A DNA stretch of 64,000 nt from contig CAVWAA010000003.1 of assembly GCA_963752805.1 (NCBI GenBank), positions 31,233 through 95,232 of the forward strand, in the 5' to 3' direction. Each line of letters opens with the position of its first letter. Within the stretch, counting starts at the first letter, position 1. This document shows positions 63,961 to 64,000 of this stretch, in pieces. A model generated the notes under the pieces. The model worked only from the letters and a program-made list of their open reading frames with translations, did not search any database and was not told the DNA's origin. Source of the DNA: Candidatus Binataceae bacterium. Lineage in GTDB: Bacteria; Desulfobacterota; Binatia; Binatales; Binataceae. Made by a program: the position numbers and the translations under genes.

Positions 63961-64000
63961 GCGTGATGATTCATCGAAATTCCTCGACGACTACCTGACG
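63961..64000 (+). repeat. Second copy of ppdK 3' segment (att-like), running off the window end
   Basis: GCGTGATGATTCATCGAAATTCCTCGACGACTACCTGACG matches ppdK 57888-57927 with one mismatch. Confidence 0.8.

Overview
Bacterial, GC-rich chromosomal window. The gene content (F420-dependent LLM oxidoreductase, zinc-ribbon/cyclase/AAA/TPR protein, characteristic hypotheticals) resembles Candidatus Binatota, but this is an inference. 0-27.4 kb is mostly core metabolism (bcp, thrB, metF-like, folE, rpiA, ispG, an rpoH-type sigma factor, rpoZ). It also holds a Fur-family/TonB metal-uptake locus with a DUF2946-like CxxC/RxPP leader ORF, an ArsC/Spx-family gene with an in-frame UGA at the UxxC site plus a SECIS-like hairpin (candidate selenoprotein), and a MetE-like/OsmC/rhodanese operon. 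27.4-49.5 kb is a decayed plasticity/defence region: two copies of a Tn3-family end, an HTH-GTPase + HNH + PD-(D/E)xK trio, a truncated TIR gene, a resolvase/tnpA remnant, toxin-antitoxin remnants and a 34-bp inverted-repeat element. 49.7-58.2 kb holds otsBA, an enoyl-CoA hydratase, a CocE/NonD hydrolase and ppdK. 58.2-64 kb looks like an island in the 3' end of ppdK (ppdK sequence recurs at the window end) carrying IS1380, an SDR and a BsuBI/PstI-type RM system. Single-base frameshifts occur even in conserved genes and suggest assembly indel errors, so pseudogene calls are provisional. No rRNA, tRNA or CRISPR array was recognised. All family assignments are from motif recognition, not database searches.
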